Below, one piece after another: positions 20,487 through 30,469 of a DNA stretch of 64,000 nt. Both the position numbers and the translations under genes were made by a program. The notes below the pieces were generated by a model. The model had not been told where the DNA came from, did not search any database, and worked only from the letters and a program-made list of their open reading frames with translations. This DNA is from Candidatus Poribacteria bacterium (lineage in GTDB: Bacteria; Poribacteria; WGA-4E; WGA-3G), in NCBI GenBank assembly GCA_965205025.1, contig CBDBFU010000024.1, forward strand, positions 1 through 64,000, written 5' to 3'. The first letter of the stretch is position 1. The number at the start of each line of letters is the position of its first letter.

Positions 20487-20607
20487 TAATACCCTTTCTA
20501 TAAATGTCTATCCCATGAAAAGTAATTAAGCAGCGTGTCTTGAAATACCGCACAAACCGGAAGTTTATGCTACACTAAAGAGACTTTAACTATAAGAACT
20601 GGTATTA
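20487..20607. mobile_element. MITE family B (IS630-like ends) with internal REP hairpin
   Basis: TAATACCCTTTCTATAA ... GAACTGGTATTA; internal GCACAAACCGGAAGTTTATGCTACA; similar copies at 49851, 52716, 55645 (reverse) and 58621. Confidence 0.7.
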
Positions 20608-20640
20608 GTTGATATTCGTTATATTTCAGGAGAATTATAA

Positions 20641-21465
20641 ATGTCAAGAAACAGATTGCTGATTGTAATTGTTCTCATAAGTTGTATCCTTACCTTTGCC
20701 TGCAATAAGACACAACAGATAAAAGATACGGTAGAATTAGAAATTGAACCGTCAGAAATGGTAGTGTATGAATCACCAGAGGATGTTCTTATTTTTATTG
20801 GTAAAACATGGTGGATAACTGCTGAAAATGCAAGAACTGAAGCAGAATTGACGAAAGAATTATTAGAGTCTAAAGGCATACAAGTAGGAATTACTGGGAA
20901 TGAGGATTCCTTAAGAGACTGGATGCTCCAGACAACTGCAAACAATTCAGTAAATATCTGCATTCTTAACGGTGTTTTACCTGCAGCGATATATCCAGCA
21001 GGGAATGCAATGCCTGACGGTTCTATAGTAGAAAACTGGATTGAATCAACTGATGGTGATACGATTTGGAGTCAAGCGGATTATTTAGGATATAACACTA
21101 CAGAAGGCAAAGCAAATGAACGCGGGGCATTACAAAACCTTATGGACATTGAAGATATTGAGATTGATGTCTATACACACGACACAGATATGGTTGTTAC
21201 AGAAATAGCAGGAGCTTTATGTCCAAGTTTAACAGGATTTGAATCTGACAGACCATTTCCTTTGGATCAATTCGAAGATGAATGGTATGCAGAAAAGATC
21301 TTTGCATCTGATACTGGAAATTCTGAAGCAACTGTAGCAGATCCGATCATTGTCCGAGATGGGGATCGTGGTAGAATAGCAATTGTTTATCATACACAGT
21401 ATCAAAATAATCCGAAAGCTGAAGTTGCCTCCGAGATAATTAGCAATTATCTTATAGTCAAATAG
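20641..21465 (+). CDS. Putative lipoprotein of unknown function
   Basis: AGGAG RBS; lipobox-like TFAC; paralog of 19655-20467. Confidence 0.8.
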   Translation: MSRNRLLIVIVLISCILTFACNKTQQIKDTVELEIEPSEMVVYESPEDVLIFIGKTWWITAENARTEAELTKELLESKGIQVGITGNEDSLRDWMLQTTANNSVNICILNGVLPAAIYPAGNAMPDGSIVENWIESTDGDTIWSQADYLGYNTTEGKANERGALQNLMDIEDIEIDVYTHDTDMVVTEIAGALCPSLTGFESDRPFPLDQFEDEWYAEKIFASDTGNSEATVADPIIVRDGDRGRIAIVYHTQYQNNPKAEVASEIISNYLIVK

Positions 21466-22163
21466 CGTAAGATATCGTTTAGATTTGAGAATGAATAATC
21501 AGGTTGACCATCCGGGATATTTGGTAATAATCCGTCTGAATTTCGCTGGATGTGTATACTCGTCATATTCACTCGGTTTGCACCAACAATATCATTTTCA
21601 ATTGAATCACCGACCATAATTGCTTCTCTCAATAAGACACCCGCCCTTTCACAAGCCACTTTGAAGATTTTAGAATGTGGTTTCCTTACACCAATTTCAT
21701 CGGAAATTGTTAATGACTGTATACGGTCTTTTAGTCCAAGTTGGTTGACTTTAGAAAGTTGACTATCTGTATGTTCATCATGCGCTCCGTTTGTAATTAT
21801 ACCAACATGGAATGTGGGTAGTTCCTTAAGGACGGTGACATCTTTGTAGAGTTTCAGATTCGTGATATAACGTATACTTAGAAAATCATTCAGTTCCTCT
21901 GCCAGTTCACTTGAAGGTAATTTTAGTTCGTTGAACAAACAGTGGAAACGCGAATCTCTTACCTCTGCCATTGTACATTTCCCTGCGTCAAGTCGCTGAA
22001 ATAGTGTTTCATGAACATTATGCCATGCCTTTAGGAGAGCATCTTCGGCTATATTCATCACTTTCTTGTGAAGATGTTGAAATGTCTCTCTAACCGCTAA
22101 ATTCCATGCTGTATCTGAGTCGCAGAGTGTTCCATCAAGATCAAAAAATATGGCTTTAATCAT
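21447..22163 (-). CDS. HAD-superfamily hydrolase (YjjG/PynA-like)
   Basis: FFDLDGTL; IITNG; RKPHSKIF; MVGDSIENDIVGA. Confidence 0.92.
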   Translation of the reverse strand: MIKAIFFDLDGTLCDSDTAWNLAVRETFQHLHKKVMNIAEDALLKAWHNVHETLFQRLDAGKCTMAEVRDSRFHCLFNELKLPSSELAEELNDFLSIRYITNLKLYKDVTVLKELPTFHVGIITNGAHDEHTDSQLSKVNQLGLKDRIQSLTISDEIGVRKPHSKIFKVACERAGVLLREAIMVGDSIENDIVGANRVNMTSIHIQRNSDGLLPNIPDGQPDYSFSNLNDILRYLTIR

Positions 22164-22310
22164 ATCTTCTTTATGATACTATTTTCCTTGCGTTCGATGT
22201 AAAAAATGAAGTTTTAATTTCTTAAATCCTGCCATGACAACTGCATTCATACTTTCAATGAGAGATATAATACCAAGTTATGTTATATGTAAGGATACCG
22301 TGTTTGACAA

Positions 22311-22442
22311 AAGTGTTAATATTTATCGTTTTTATATGATAGCACTTTCACGGAAACCTTCACGGAGCAATTTTACGAAGCCTTATTCTATAAGGGTTTG
22401 TAATTTTAACTATACCAATTTTCCGTGAATCACATACGTTAA
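22311..22442. repeat. Dispersed non-coding repeat family D, copy 1
   Basis: TTCACGGAAACCTTCACGGAGCAATT...CCTTATTCTATAAGGGTTT...TATACCAATTTTCCGTGAATCAC; also at ~50011 and ~58441. Confidence 0.85.
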
Positions 22443-22505
22443 TTATATTATAACTCAAGTGTGTATTTAGTACTTATCTGTTTTTCATACGAAGTGTATT
22501 GGGAC

Positions 22506-22576
22506 ATAGCATTCCGCTGGAGTGCCAGACTGTCCGATATTGTTTTCTATAGACATAGTACTCCGCTGGAGTACGG
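22506..22576. repeat. REP-like tandem hairpins, family C
   Basis: GCATTCCGCTGGAGTGC and GTACTCCGCTGGAGTAC separated by TTTCTATAGACATA; related copies at 50169, 52527 and 55463. Confidence 0.75.
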
Positions 22577-22689
22577 TATTTTTGATATAGAAAACTCCAA
22601 AAAATAGACTTATCATTAGATTCTTAGTTCCCCCCTGAAATAGAATTGTCAAAATTATAGTAGTGAAGAATAAACTGTAATTCTCGAAA

Positions 22690-23806
22690 GGGTGTGTAAA
22701 GTTTTTGGCATGAATCTCACGGCTCATAGGGTTATTAGCTTATAGTTGGTAGTTATTAATTTACAGTTGTTAGTTTTTTAGTTGTTCACAATAGTTATAT
22801 TTATGTTTTCTATATGTTGAATAAAGTTACACTTTTTGTCACATGGTGTGACATTGGTAAAACCCCTCTTTCGTCAGTACTACAGTGGGTTTAGAGCCAC
22901 TTTTTTAAGGTTACAAGAATTTGTAAAAATTATAAAGTGGTGATGAATTTTGTGTCTTTTACTTTTCTTTTAATCCATCCATTTGGGATCGTATGAATGT
23001 GAAAAATCATAACCGTCCATTTTGATATGGTATTAGAATATATTCGATAAATCATAGATTCGGAGGATTCTTTGTACGTACCATTTGCTATATTTTGAAC
23101 CAACGGATGGGGAAACACCAATTCTATAAAGAGAATTATATCTGTATGGATGATTCGTAGTAATGAGATACACTGTAGTTTTCTGGTGTGTATGATAGTC
23201 TGTTTTGTTTGAAGTCGGTCTAATTTTAAGTTTTTTGAGTTATTCAAGTTTTTCAAGTTTTTTGAGTTGCTTTTTAAGAAATGATTTTTTAATGAGCCGA
23301 AAACCCTGTTGAGGATTGGGATGACAAAGGATTTGAGTAATAGGTGTAAAATTTTAAAATTTGAAAAACTAAAAAAATATTCGGTTGAATTCTTATTGAT
23401 TTTCCTCTGTATCTGCTGATGAGGTGATAATTCTGAATGTTTTCGTTGTAATTCTAACATGGATTTTCCTATTTCCCAGATAGTGGATTTGGTTGAATAT
23501 GGCATAAAGTTTGGAAGCCTAAATAATTAGAAAACAGTTACACTTTCACGCCAGAAATAATAATTCGTACCTTGCAAGTAATGTGTTAGCTTTAGTTTAC
23601 AATTATTGAACGATATAGTATTGTATCATTTTATTTGCATTTTGACAAATATATTTAATTTATTTTATGTTATTGTGATATATGTATCTTAGTTGTTATA
23701 TGTTTATGTTTTCTTCATTTTATTTTAAGTCTTATGGAAAAAGTGTGAAATTTGAATTTGATACAGTTTATATTAAGTAAATTAATGCCATAAACTTTAC
23801 ACACCC
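22690..23806. mobile_element. 1.1 kb element bounded by 22-bp terminal inverted repeats, no recognisable transposase
   Basis: GGGTGTGTAAAGTTTTTGGCAT (22690-22711) and ATGCCATAAACTTTACACACCC (23785-23806), one mismatch; very AT-rich interior; no clear TSD. Confidence 0.6.
22930..23505 (-). CDS. Hypothetical basic protein inside the TIR element
   Basis: 191-aa ORF in AT-rich DNA, no recognisable motif, weak RBS. Confidence 0.35.
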   Translation of the reverse strand: MPYSTKSTIWEIGKSMLELQRKHSELSPHQQIQRKINKNSTEYFFSFSNFKILHLLLKSFVIPILNRVFGSLKNHFLKSNSKNLKNLNNSKNLKLDRLQTKQTIIHTRKLQCISLLRIIHTDIILFIELVFPHPLVQNIANGTYKESSESMIYRIYSNTISKWTVMIFHIHTIPNGWIKRKVKDTKFITTL

Positions 23807-23893
23807 GATCATTGTCTCAGGATTGATTATAATTCCCAGATATGATACGCTAAAATAACCTTGTAAACCTATATACTGAAATGAACCAGACAC

Positions 23894-25510
23894 ATGAAAT
23901 ACAAGCATTTTTCAGTCCCATTACTATTTATAATTCTAAGTATTGTATTCTATCTGAATAGCACTACAGCGGAGATAAAGTTTGTAGATGTTACTGAGGA
24001 AGCAGGTATCCAATTTAAACATGCAGGTGGCATTGATTTACGTGTAGTTCCCGCGCTTGTTGGCTCAGGTGCAGCATGGTGTGACTATGATAACAATGGT
24101 ACATTAGATCTTTATATCGTAAATAGCACAGCAGTTAGACCTGAACCAGACACAATTCTACCAAAAAATACACTCTATCAGAACAACGGAGATGGAACAT
24201 TTACCGATGTGACAGATGTAGCAGGTGTTGGGGATACTGGATGGGGTATGGGATGTGCTTTTGCTGACTATGACAATGATGGTGATAAGGATCTATATGT
24301 TACAAACTATAAAGCGAATGTATTCTATCTAAACAAAGGAGATGGGACATTCAAACGGTTCACATCAGGAGCAGGAGGCATTGGACATACGGGATTCGGT
24401 TCAGGAATTTCCTGGGGAGATTATAATAATGACGGTTTTCTGGAACTTTATATTGGAAACTATATTGAATATACTAAAGTTCCCCAAGGGGATGAAGTCT
24501 TCTTTCCATACGATTTTTTCGGGCAAAATAATGTATTCTATCTCAACAAAGGGGATGGAGAATTTATCGATGTAACTAATGTCTCAAAGATAAACGGTGG
24601 ATTTCATTTAACCCTCGGTGTTGCAGCAGCAGATTATGATGATGATGGTGATTTAGATATTTACCTTGCAAACGATAGTGATCAAAATATCCTCTATCGT
24701 AATGATGGTGAGATGACATTTATGAATACCAATCAACCGGATGCAAGAAGTCGGACCGGGGATATCCGCGGAGGCATGGGGATTGCTTGGGGTGATTATG
24801 ACAATGACGGTGTGTTAGATCTGTTTGTAACAAATTGGCTTGATGAAAACAATGTCCTCTATAGAAATAATGGAGATGGCACTTTCACAGATGTTTCTGC
24901 ACGTAGTGGTATTTTTGAATCTGGACTTGGGAAAACATGTTGGGGAACTGTATTCTTTGATATGGATAACGATACAGATTTAGATCTGTTTTTCTCGGCT
25001 GGACACATTGATCCGGCAACATGGGAAAATCATGGACAACCCGATATACTTTTACGCAATAATGGAGATGGGACATTTACAGATATTTCTGATCAAGTAG
25101 GTCTTACAGAATTGGATTCTCCAGGTGTTGGTAGAGGTGTTGCCGCTGCAGATTATGATGGAGATGGTGATGTAGACCTGTTTGTTGTTAACAGCGGAGA
25201 AAAACCGAGACTCCTTCGTAATGATAGTGGAAACAAACACAACTGGATTCATATCCGTACGGTTGGTGTTGTAAGTAATCGTGATGGAATTGGAACGCGT
25301 ATTAAAGTCATAACTGGTGATACTGAGCAAATTCGTGAGGTTATCGCTGGGAGTAGTTACCTGTCCCAGAATAGTTCAGAGGTGGAATTTGGTCTTGGAA
25401 ACCACAACATAGTTGATAAGATAATTATTCAATGGTCAAGTGGAATTGTACAGACGTTGCAAAATATCCCAGTCAATCAAAAGTTTGTAGTGATGGAGAA
25501 ACGGAACTGA
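23894..25510 (+). CDS. CRTAC1/ASPIC-UnbV family FG-GAP repeat protein
   Basis: Signal peptide; repeated DYDNDG-x-x-DLY and NNGDGTFTDV; C-terminal NRDGIGTRI...GSSYLSQNS...FGLG. Confidence 0.92.
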   Translation: MKYKHFSVPLLFIILSIVFYLNSTTAEIKFVDVTEEAGIQFKHAGGIDLRVVPALVGSGAAWCDYDNNGTLDLYIVNSTAVRPEPDTILPKNTLYQNNGDGTFTDVTDVAGVGDTGWGMGCAFADYDNDGDKDLYVTNYKANVFYLNKGDGTFKRFTSGAGGIGHTGFGSGISWGDYNNDGFLELYIGNYIEYTKVPQGDEVFFPYDFFGQNNVFYLNKGDGEFIDVTNVSKINGGFHLTLGVAAADYDDDGDLDIYLANDSDQNILYRNDGEMTFMNTNQPDARSRTGDIRGGMGIAWGDYDNDGVLDLFVTNWLDENNVLYRNNGDGTFTDVSARSGIFESGLGKTCWGTVFFDMDNDTDLDLFFSAGHIDPATWENHGQPDILLRNNGDGTFTDISDQVGLTELDSPGVGRGVAAADYDGDGDVDLFVVNSGEKPRLLRNDSGNKHNWIHIRTVGVVSNRDGIGTRIKVITGDTEQIREVIAGSSYLSQNSSEVEFGLGNHNIVDKIIIQWSSGIVQTLQNIPVNQKFVVMEKRN

Positions 25511-25666
25511 AGGAATGTAATAGTTTTGAGGTTGTCTGTAGAACAGATAATAAGTATAATAAATTGAATTTTAATTTAAAATCCCGTATAATTAGCACAA
25601 AACCATAGGATATTCCTTTGGTTGATTACACATAATTGTTTGATGACTGTAGTCATGGAGGAAACA

Positions 25667-26317
25667 ATGAAACGATATTTCTTAATAATTTTATGTCTGG
25701 TATTTGCGGCAGGATTTGTTCTTGATGGGATACCAGCCAAAAAAGAGATCCGTGTATGGGGCGGTAAAGCCAATGATTTTACGGATTCAGACGGTCGCGT
25801 TTGGTATGGTGGTCAAAAAGAAAAACAGGAATGGGGTGGTTGGATTGAGAAGCTGCCTCGAACAGCAGAAGTGAGAACTCTCACAGCTGATGCTAAGAAA
25901 TTAGCTAAGGATGAAGGCTATGACGAAGACCTATTCTATGCTGTGAGTTGGGCAGCATTTCCCGATGTCGTTAAGGTTGATTTAAATACAGGAAAAGGTG
26001 TTTTTGATGTAACCTATCTGGTTGGTGAACATTGGTCTCCAAACAATCGAGGTTTTGATATTATAATTGAAGAAGAGGTTGTTGAAGCACTCTACGTCAC
26101 GCCAGGTAAGGATGAGATTGATATTAAAAGATATGAAGCAATTGAGGTTAAGGATACTGTGATGAGTCTTGTATTTGCAGGTAACGCCAAGACTGGTAAG
26201 GGTGATCTCAATGCGATGTTTAGTGGAATTGAAGTAGTTCCCTCACAATTAGCAGTTGATCCGAAACAGAAATTAACCACAACTTGGGGCACTCTCAAGG
26301 ACAACCGTCGAGACTAA
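25667..26317 (+). CDS. Secreted malectin-like carbohydrate-binding protein with KLTTTWGTLK tail
   Basis: GGAGG RBS; signal peptide; FTDSDGRVW; GEHW...RGFDI; NAMFSGIEVV. Confidence 0.75.
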   Translation: MKRYFLIILCLVFAAGFVLDGIPAKKEIRVWGGKANDFTDSDGRVWYGGQKEKQEWGGWIEKLPRTAEVRTLTADAKKLAKDEGYDEDLFYAVSWAAFPDVVKVDLNTGKGVFDVTYLVGEHWSPNNRGFDIIIEEEVVEALYVTPGKDEIDIKRYEAIEVKDTVMSLVFAGNAKTGKGDLNAMFSGIEVVPSQLAVDPKQKLTTTWGTLKDNRRD

Positions 26318-26333
26318 ATGTAACGGAGGATAT

Positions 26334-26978
26334 ATGAAGTCATTAAGTATTATAACACTCATACTTTTTATGGGTGTTTTCGTAGTACCGTGTCTATTAT
26401 CAGCAGAAGAATTTCGAGTTTGGGGTGGTAAGACAGATGATTACACCGATTCGAAAGGTCGTGTGTGGCGCGGTGCACAACAGACTGACCAATCTTGGGG
26501 TGGATGGATTGAAGCTGCTCCCCGTACTGCAGAAGTCAAGGAATTAACTGCTGACGCACAAGCACAGGCTGAAGAGGCAGGATACGATGCAGAACTTTTC
26601 TACGCTGTAAGTTGGGCAGCATTTCCAGCGACTGTGAAGTATCAATTCAAGACTGGTAATGGTCATTTTGATGTGACATATCTTGTTGGTGAACACTGGT
26701 CGCCTAACAATCGCGGATTTGATATAATTATAGAAGATGAGATTGTGGAACCACTTTATGTAACACCTGGTCGTCATGAGATTGATATAAAGAATTATGA
26801 CGCTATAGAGGTTTCTGATGGCACACTGGATTTCAATTTTGCGGGGAATGGTGATACTGGTAAAGGTGATCTCAACGCAATGTTCAGCGCTCTTGAAGCT
26901 GTTCCAAGCGCTGCCACACCTGTGGATCCAAAAGCAAAATTGGCTACCACTTGGGGTTCATTAAAGAATACTCGATAA
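26334..26978 (+). CDS. Secreted malectin-like protein (paralog) with KLATTWGSLK tail
   Basis: GGAGG RBS; YTDSKGRVW; the YLVGEHWSPNNRGFDIIIE block is identical to the upstream gene. Confidence 0.75.
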   Translation: MKSLSIITLILFMGVFVVPCLLSAEEFRVWGGKTDDYTDSKGRVWRGAQQTDQSWGGWIEAAPRTAEVKELTADAQAQAEEAGYDAELFYAVSWAAFPATVKYQFKTGNGHFDVTYLVGEHWSPNNRGFDIIIEDEIVEPLYVTPGRHEIDIKNYDAIEVSDGTLDFNFAGNGDTGKGDLNAMFSALEAVPSAATPVDPKAKLATTWGSLKNTR

Positions 26979-26996
26979 TCGTATAGTTTCTATTAC

Positions 26997-27029
26997 AAAA
27001 GCCTTCGACATTGAATGTCGAAGGCTTTT
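26997..27029. terminator. Bidirectional intrinsic terminator
   Basis: AAAA-GCCTTCGACAT-TGA-ATGTCGAAGGC-TTTT between convergent genes. Confidence 0.85.
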
Positions 27030-27097
27030 ATATTTTAATTGTATTTTCTTAAATCAGAGTATTTATCACTGCAAGTAAATCGCTATAAGTTGGATAT

Positions 27098-28135
27098 TTA
27101 CAAACGTTCTCTAAGCATATCCATCAATCCATCTGGGGGATCGAAGGGTAGTTCTATTACCTCATTCGTAATACCACTATAATAGATTCCTAATAGTAGG
27201 TTGAATTCTGCAAGCGACTGTTTTAGATGGGTCGGATGTACGTTGTTTTCATCGTCAAGCCAATCAAAAACGGCCTCAGTAAGGTTACCTTGTGCGATAA
27301 CATCTTGCTCACCATAGCTGAGTGGACCACCTTCATACCCACCCTCTCGTGTGGAACGTTCCCAACTACTAAAACGCCAATGTACAAATCCATCGGTACC
27401 GATAACGAAAACGCGTTTGTGGAAGAAAACTGTCTGATCCTCTGAAGCAGATGGTGCAATGGCTGTTCCGAAGGCAACAGAAACGTGGAGTCCGTTCTCA
27501 TACTGAACTCTGGCTGCAGCATATTGTGGAGACGGTTGAGCTGAATCTAATTGAGCACCACCAGAAACCTGTCCGAGTACCCGTACAGGACGTGAATTAT
27601 CTATGTAGGATGATACCAACTGAAGGACGTGTGGACCTTGGTCAACGGGTGTGCTTCTTGCACTGGCATCAATGAATTTTATCTCACCAATTCTTCCTTC
27701 AGCCACATCCTTCTTTAGTTCGAGATTTTGTGGGTGAAAGTTCAGCTGTGTGTTCACCACAAACTTAGTTTTCGTCTCTTCAGCTAATCCTGCAATTTGT
27801 CTCCAATCTTCACTTTCAACAGCAATAGGTTTTTCGACAATCGCTGCCGGAACACCAGCGTCGGATGCTTGTTTCATTAGTGGATAACGTATCCGTTCGT
27901 TACTACCACGTAAGACAGGAGCAGTAACAATATGAAGAACATCAGGTTTTTCTTTTTCAAGCATCTCCTGTAAGTCTGTATAACGTGCAGATATTCCAAA
28001 ATCGTCTCCAAACCTATTGAGTAATTCTTTATTCATATCACAAACTGCTGAGAGTTTACCGTTTTTTACAAAGCGATACGCATCAGCATGTGCGTGTGCT
28101 CTTCCACCACATCCTAACATCGCTGTTTTATACAT
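27098..28135 (-). CDS. Gfo/Idh/MocA-family oxidoreductase (array copy 5)
   Basis: LGCGGRA Rossmann motif; EKP motif; AGGAG RBS. Confidence 0.9.
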   Translation of the reverse strand: MYKTAMLGCGGRAHAHADAYRFVKNGKLSAVCDMNKELLNRFGDDFGISARYTDLQEMLEKEKPDVLHIVTAPVLRGSNERIRYPLMKQASDAGVPAAIVEKPIAVESEDWRQIAGLAEETKTKFVVNTQLNFHPQNLELKKDVAEGRIGEIKFIDASARSTPVDQGPHVLQLVSSYIDNSRPVRVLGQVSGGAQLDSAQPSPQYAAARVQYENGLHVSVAFGTAIAPSASEDQTVFFHKRVFVIGTDGFVHWRFSSWERSTREGGYEGGPLSYGEQDVIAQGNLTEAVFDWLDDENNVHPTHLKQSLAEFNLLLGIYYSGITNEVIELPFDPPDGLMDMLRERL

Positions 28136-28209
28136 AGAAATGTCTCCTAAATTAGTGTATCAATTTCATGAAAATGGATGTATGCCAACAGGAAAAGACT
28201 TGTCAGCAG

Positions 28210-29253
28210 TTATAATTTCTCACGTAGTATGTCAATAATTCCATCAGGTGGTTCAAACGGTAGTTCTATTATCTCATTTGAGACCCCGCTATAATAAATG
28301 CCAAGGAGCAGATTGAATTCAGCGAGGGATTGCTTGAGATGTGTGGGATGTACGTTCTTCTCATCATCAAGCCAATCGAAAACAGCTTCAGTGAGATTTC
28401 CTTGTGCGATGACATCCTGCTCACCATAATCGAGTGGACCACTCTCGTAACCACCATCTTGTGTTGAACGTTCCCAACTGCTAAATCGCCAGTGTACAAA
28501 CCCTTTTGTCCCTATGACAAAGACGCGTTTGTGTGTGTGATTTCCCATATCCGGTTCTTTAGGCACTTTCTGACCTATACTTGCTCCGAATGCCAGAGAG
28601 ACATGTAGACCGTTCGCATATATTACCTGTGCAGCAGCATGCATGGGTGAAGGTTGCGTAGAATCCAGATCTTGGCCTCCAGAAATCTGTCCCAATACAC
28701 GTGTAGGACGTGAGTTGTCAATGTAGGACGAAACAAGTTGCAACACATGAGGTGCTTGATCTACTGGTGTACTCCGTGCACTGGCATCAATAAACTTAAT
28801 CTCTCCTATTCTGCCTTCTGCGACATCCTTCTTCAATTCGAGATTCTGTGGATGAAAGTTCAGCTGTGTGTTTACGACGAACTTAGTTTTTGTTTCCTCT
28901 GCTAAACCTGCAAGCTGCTTCCAATCTTCAGTTTCAACAGCAATAGGTTTCTCTACGATTGCAGCTGGCACCTTATGGTCGGATGCTTGTTTCATCAAAG
29001 AATAACGGATCCGTTGATTTGTACCGCGTAATACTGGTGCCGTGACAATGTGGAGGACATCAGGTTTTTCCTTTTCAAGCATCTCATCCAGATCAGTGTA
29101 TCGTGAAGCAACACCAAAGTCCTCGCCAAAGCTTGTCAGTAAATCTTCATTCATATCGCAGATTGCTGAGAGTTTACCGTTTTTAACGAAACGATATGCA
29201 TCAGCATGTGCGCGTGCCCGTCCACCGCACCCTAACATCGCTGTTTTATACAT
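28210..29253 (-). CDS. Gfo/Idh/MocA-family oxidoreductase (array copy 4)
   Basis: LGCGGRA; VEKP; GAGGAG RBS. Confidence 0.9.
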   Translation of the reverse strand: MYKTAMLGCGGRARAHADAYRFVKNGKLSAICDMNEDLLTSFGEDFGVASRYTDLDEMLEKEKPDVLHIVTAPVLRGTNQRIRYSLMKQASDHKVPAAIVEKPIAVETEDWKQLAGLAEETKTKFVVNTQLNFHPQNLELKKDVAEGRIGEIKFIDASARSTPVDQAPHVLQLVSSYIDNSRPTRVLGQISGGQDLDSTQPSPMHAAAQVIYANGLHVSLAFGASIGQKVPKEPDMGNHTHKRVFVIGTKGFVHWRFSSWERSTQDGGYESGPLDYGEQDVIAQGNLTEAVFDWLDDEKNVHPTHLKQSLAEFNLLLGIYYSGVSNEIIELPFEPPDGIIDILREKL

Positions 29254-29334
29254 GAAGTATCTCCTCTAATGTCAATTAAAATAGTACGCCAGCAGCGCAC
29301 CAGAAGGTAGAATAGGCAAAGGTGAAACCTTTAC

Positions 29335-30399
29335 CTACAACACAAAATGCTTTTTAATTACAATTTCTCTCAAATTATCCAATAATCCATCGGGGGGTTC
29401 AAACGGCAGATCAATAATCTGATTTGTTATCCCGCTGTAATACATTCCTAAGATAAGGTTTGACTCAACAAGGGACTGTTTGAGATGCGTCGGATGTACC
29501 TTGGTTTCATCATCTAACCAATCAAAAATGGCTTCGGTGAAGTTTGCCTGTGCGACGACATCTTGTTCTCCATAGTTAAGCGTACCGCCCTCATACCCTC
29601 CACTCAATGTTGAACGTTCCCAACTGCTGAAACGCCAATGCACGAAGCCTTTTGTTCCCACAACAAATACACGTTTGTGTCCGTAGACACCCGGATCATC
29701 AGAAACGATTTGTCCGAACTCTGATCCAAATGCAAGGGACACGTGGACACCGTTCTCATATAAAACATGTCCGACTGCGTTCAATGGACCCGGATGTCCA
29801 GGAGCAGAATTTACATTCTCTGTTCCAGAGATTTGTCCAAGAATCCGTATTGGGTGTGAGTTGCCAATGTAGGATGACACCAATTGAATTATATGTCCTC
29901 CTTGTTCGGATGCTCTACTCCGTGCACTGGCATCAATAAATCTAATATCGCCGATCCGTCCTTCAATAACATCCCTTTTTAACTCAAGATTTGTCGGATG
30001 GAATTCGAGTTGTGTGTTGACAACAAATTTCGTTTTTGTCTCTTCTTCTAACCCTGCAATTTGCTTCCAATCCTCACCTTCAATAGCGAGAGGTTTTTCA
30101 ACCACCACCGCTGGTACGCCGTGATTGGCAGCCTGCTTCATTAACGGATACCGGATACGTTCTTTGGTACTCGGAACGACGGGAGTTGTGACGATGTGGA
30201 GGACATCCGGTTTCTCTTTTTCAAGCATCTGATCCAAATCGGTATACATGGAAGAAATACCGAAGTCCTTGCCGAAATTCCTCAGTAATTCTTCATTCAT
30301 ATCACATATTGCTGAAAGTTTACCATTTTTTACCAAACGATAAGCGTCAGCATGTCCGCGTGCCCGTCCGCCGCACCCTAACATCGCTGTTTTATACAC
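29335..30399 (-). CDS. Gfo/Idh/MocA-family oxidoreductase (array copy 3, most divergent)
   Basis: GTG start at 30399 aligns with the paralog starts; LGCGGRA; VEKP. Confidence 0.9.
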   Translation of the reverse strand: MYKTAMLGCGGRARGHADAYRLVKNGKLSAICDMNEELLRNFGKDFGISSMYTDLDQMLEKEKPDVLHIVTTPVVPSTKERIRYPLMKQAANHGVPAVVVEKPLAIEGEDWKQIAGLEEETKTKFVVNTQLEFHPTNLELKRDVIEGRIGDIRFIDASARSRASEQGGHIIQLVSSYIGNSHPIRILGQISGTENVNSAPGHPGPLNAVGHVLYENGVHVSLAFGSEFGQIVSDDPGVYGHKRVFVVGTKGFVHWRFSSWERSTLSGGYEGGTLNYGEQDVVAQANFTEAIFDWLDDETKVHPTHLKQSLVESNLILGMYYSGITNQIIDLPFEPPDGLLDNLREIVIKKHFVL

Positions 30400-30469
30400 A
30401 GTAATGTCCCCTTTGGAATCATGTTTCAAGTAGGACTAATGAATGTAAAGTCAAATTACGATTATTCTC

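Noticed and set aside
21447-21465. 19-bp 3' overlap of convergent genes
   Set aside because: Short convergent overlaps are common, with no sign of special function.
22380-22400. CCTTATTCTATAAGG palindrome as a CRISPR leader
   Set aside because: No adjacent repeat-spacer array at any of the three copies.
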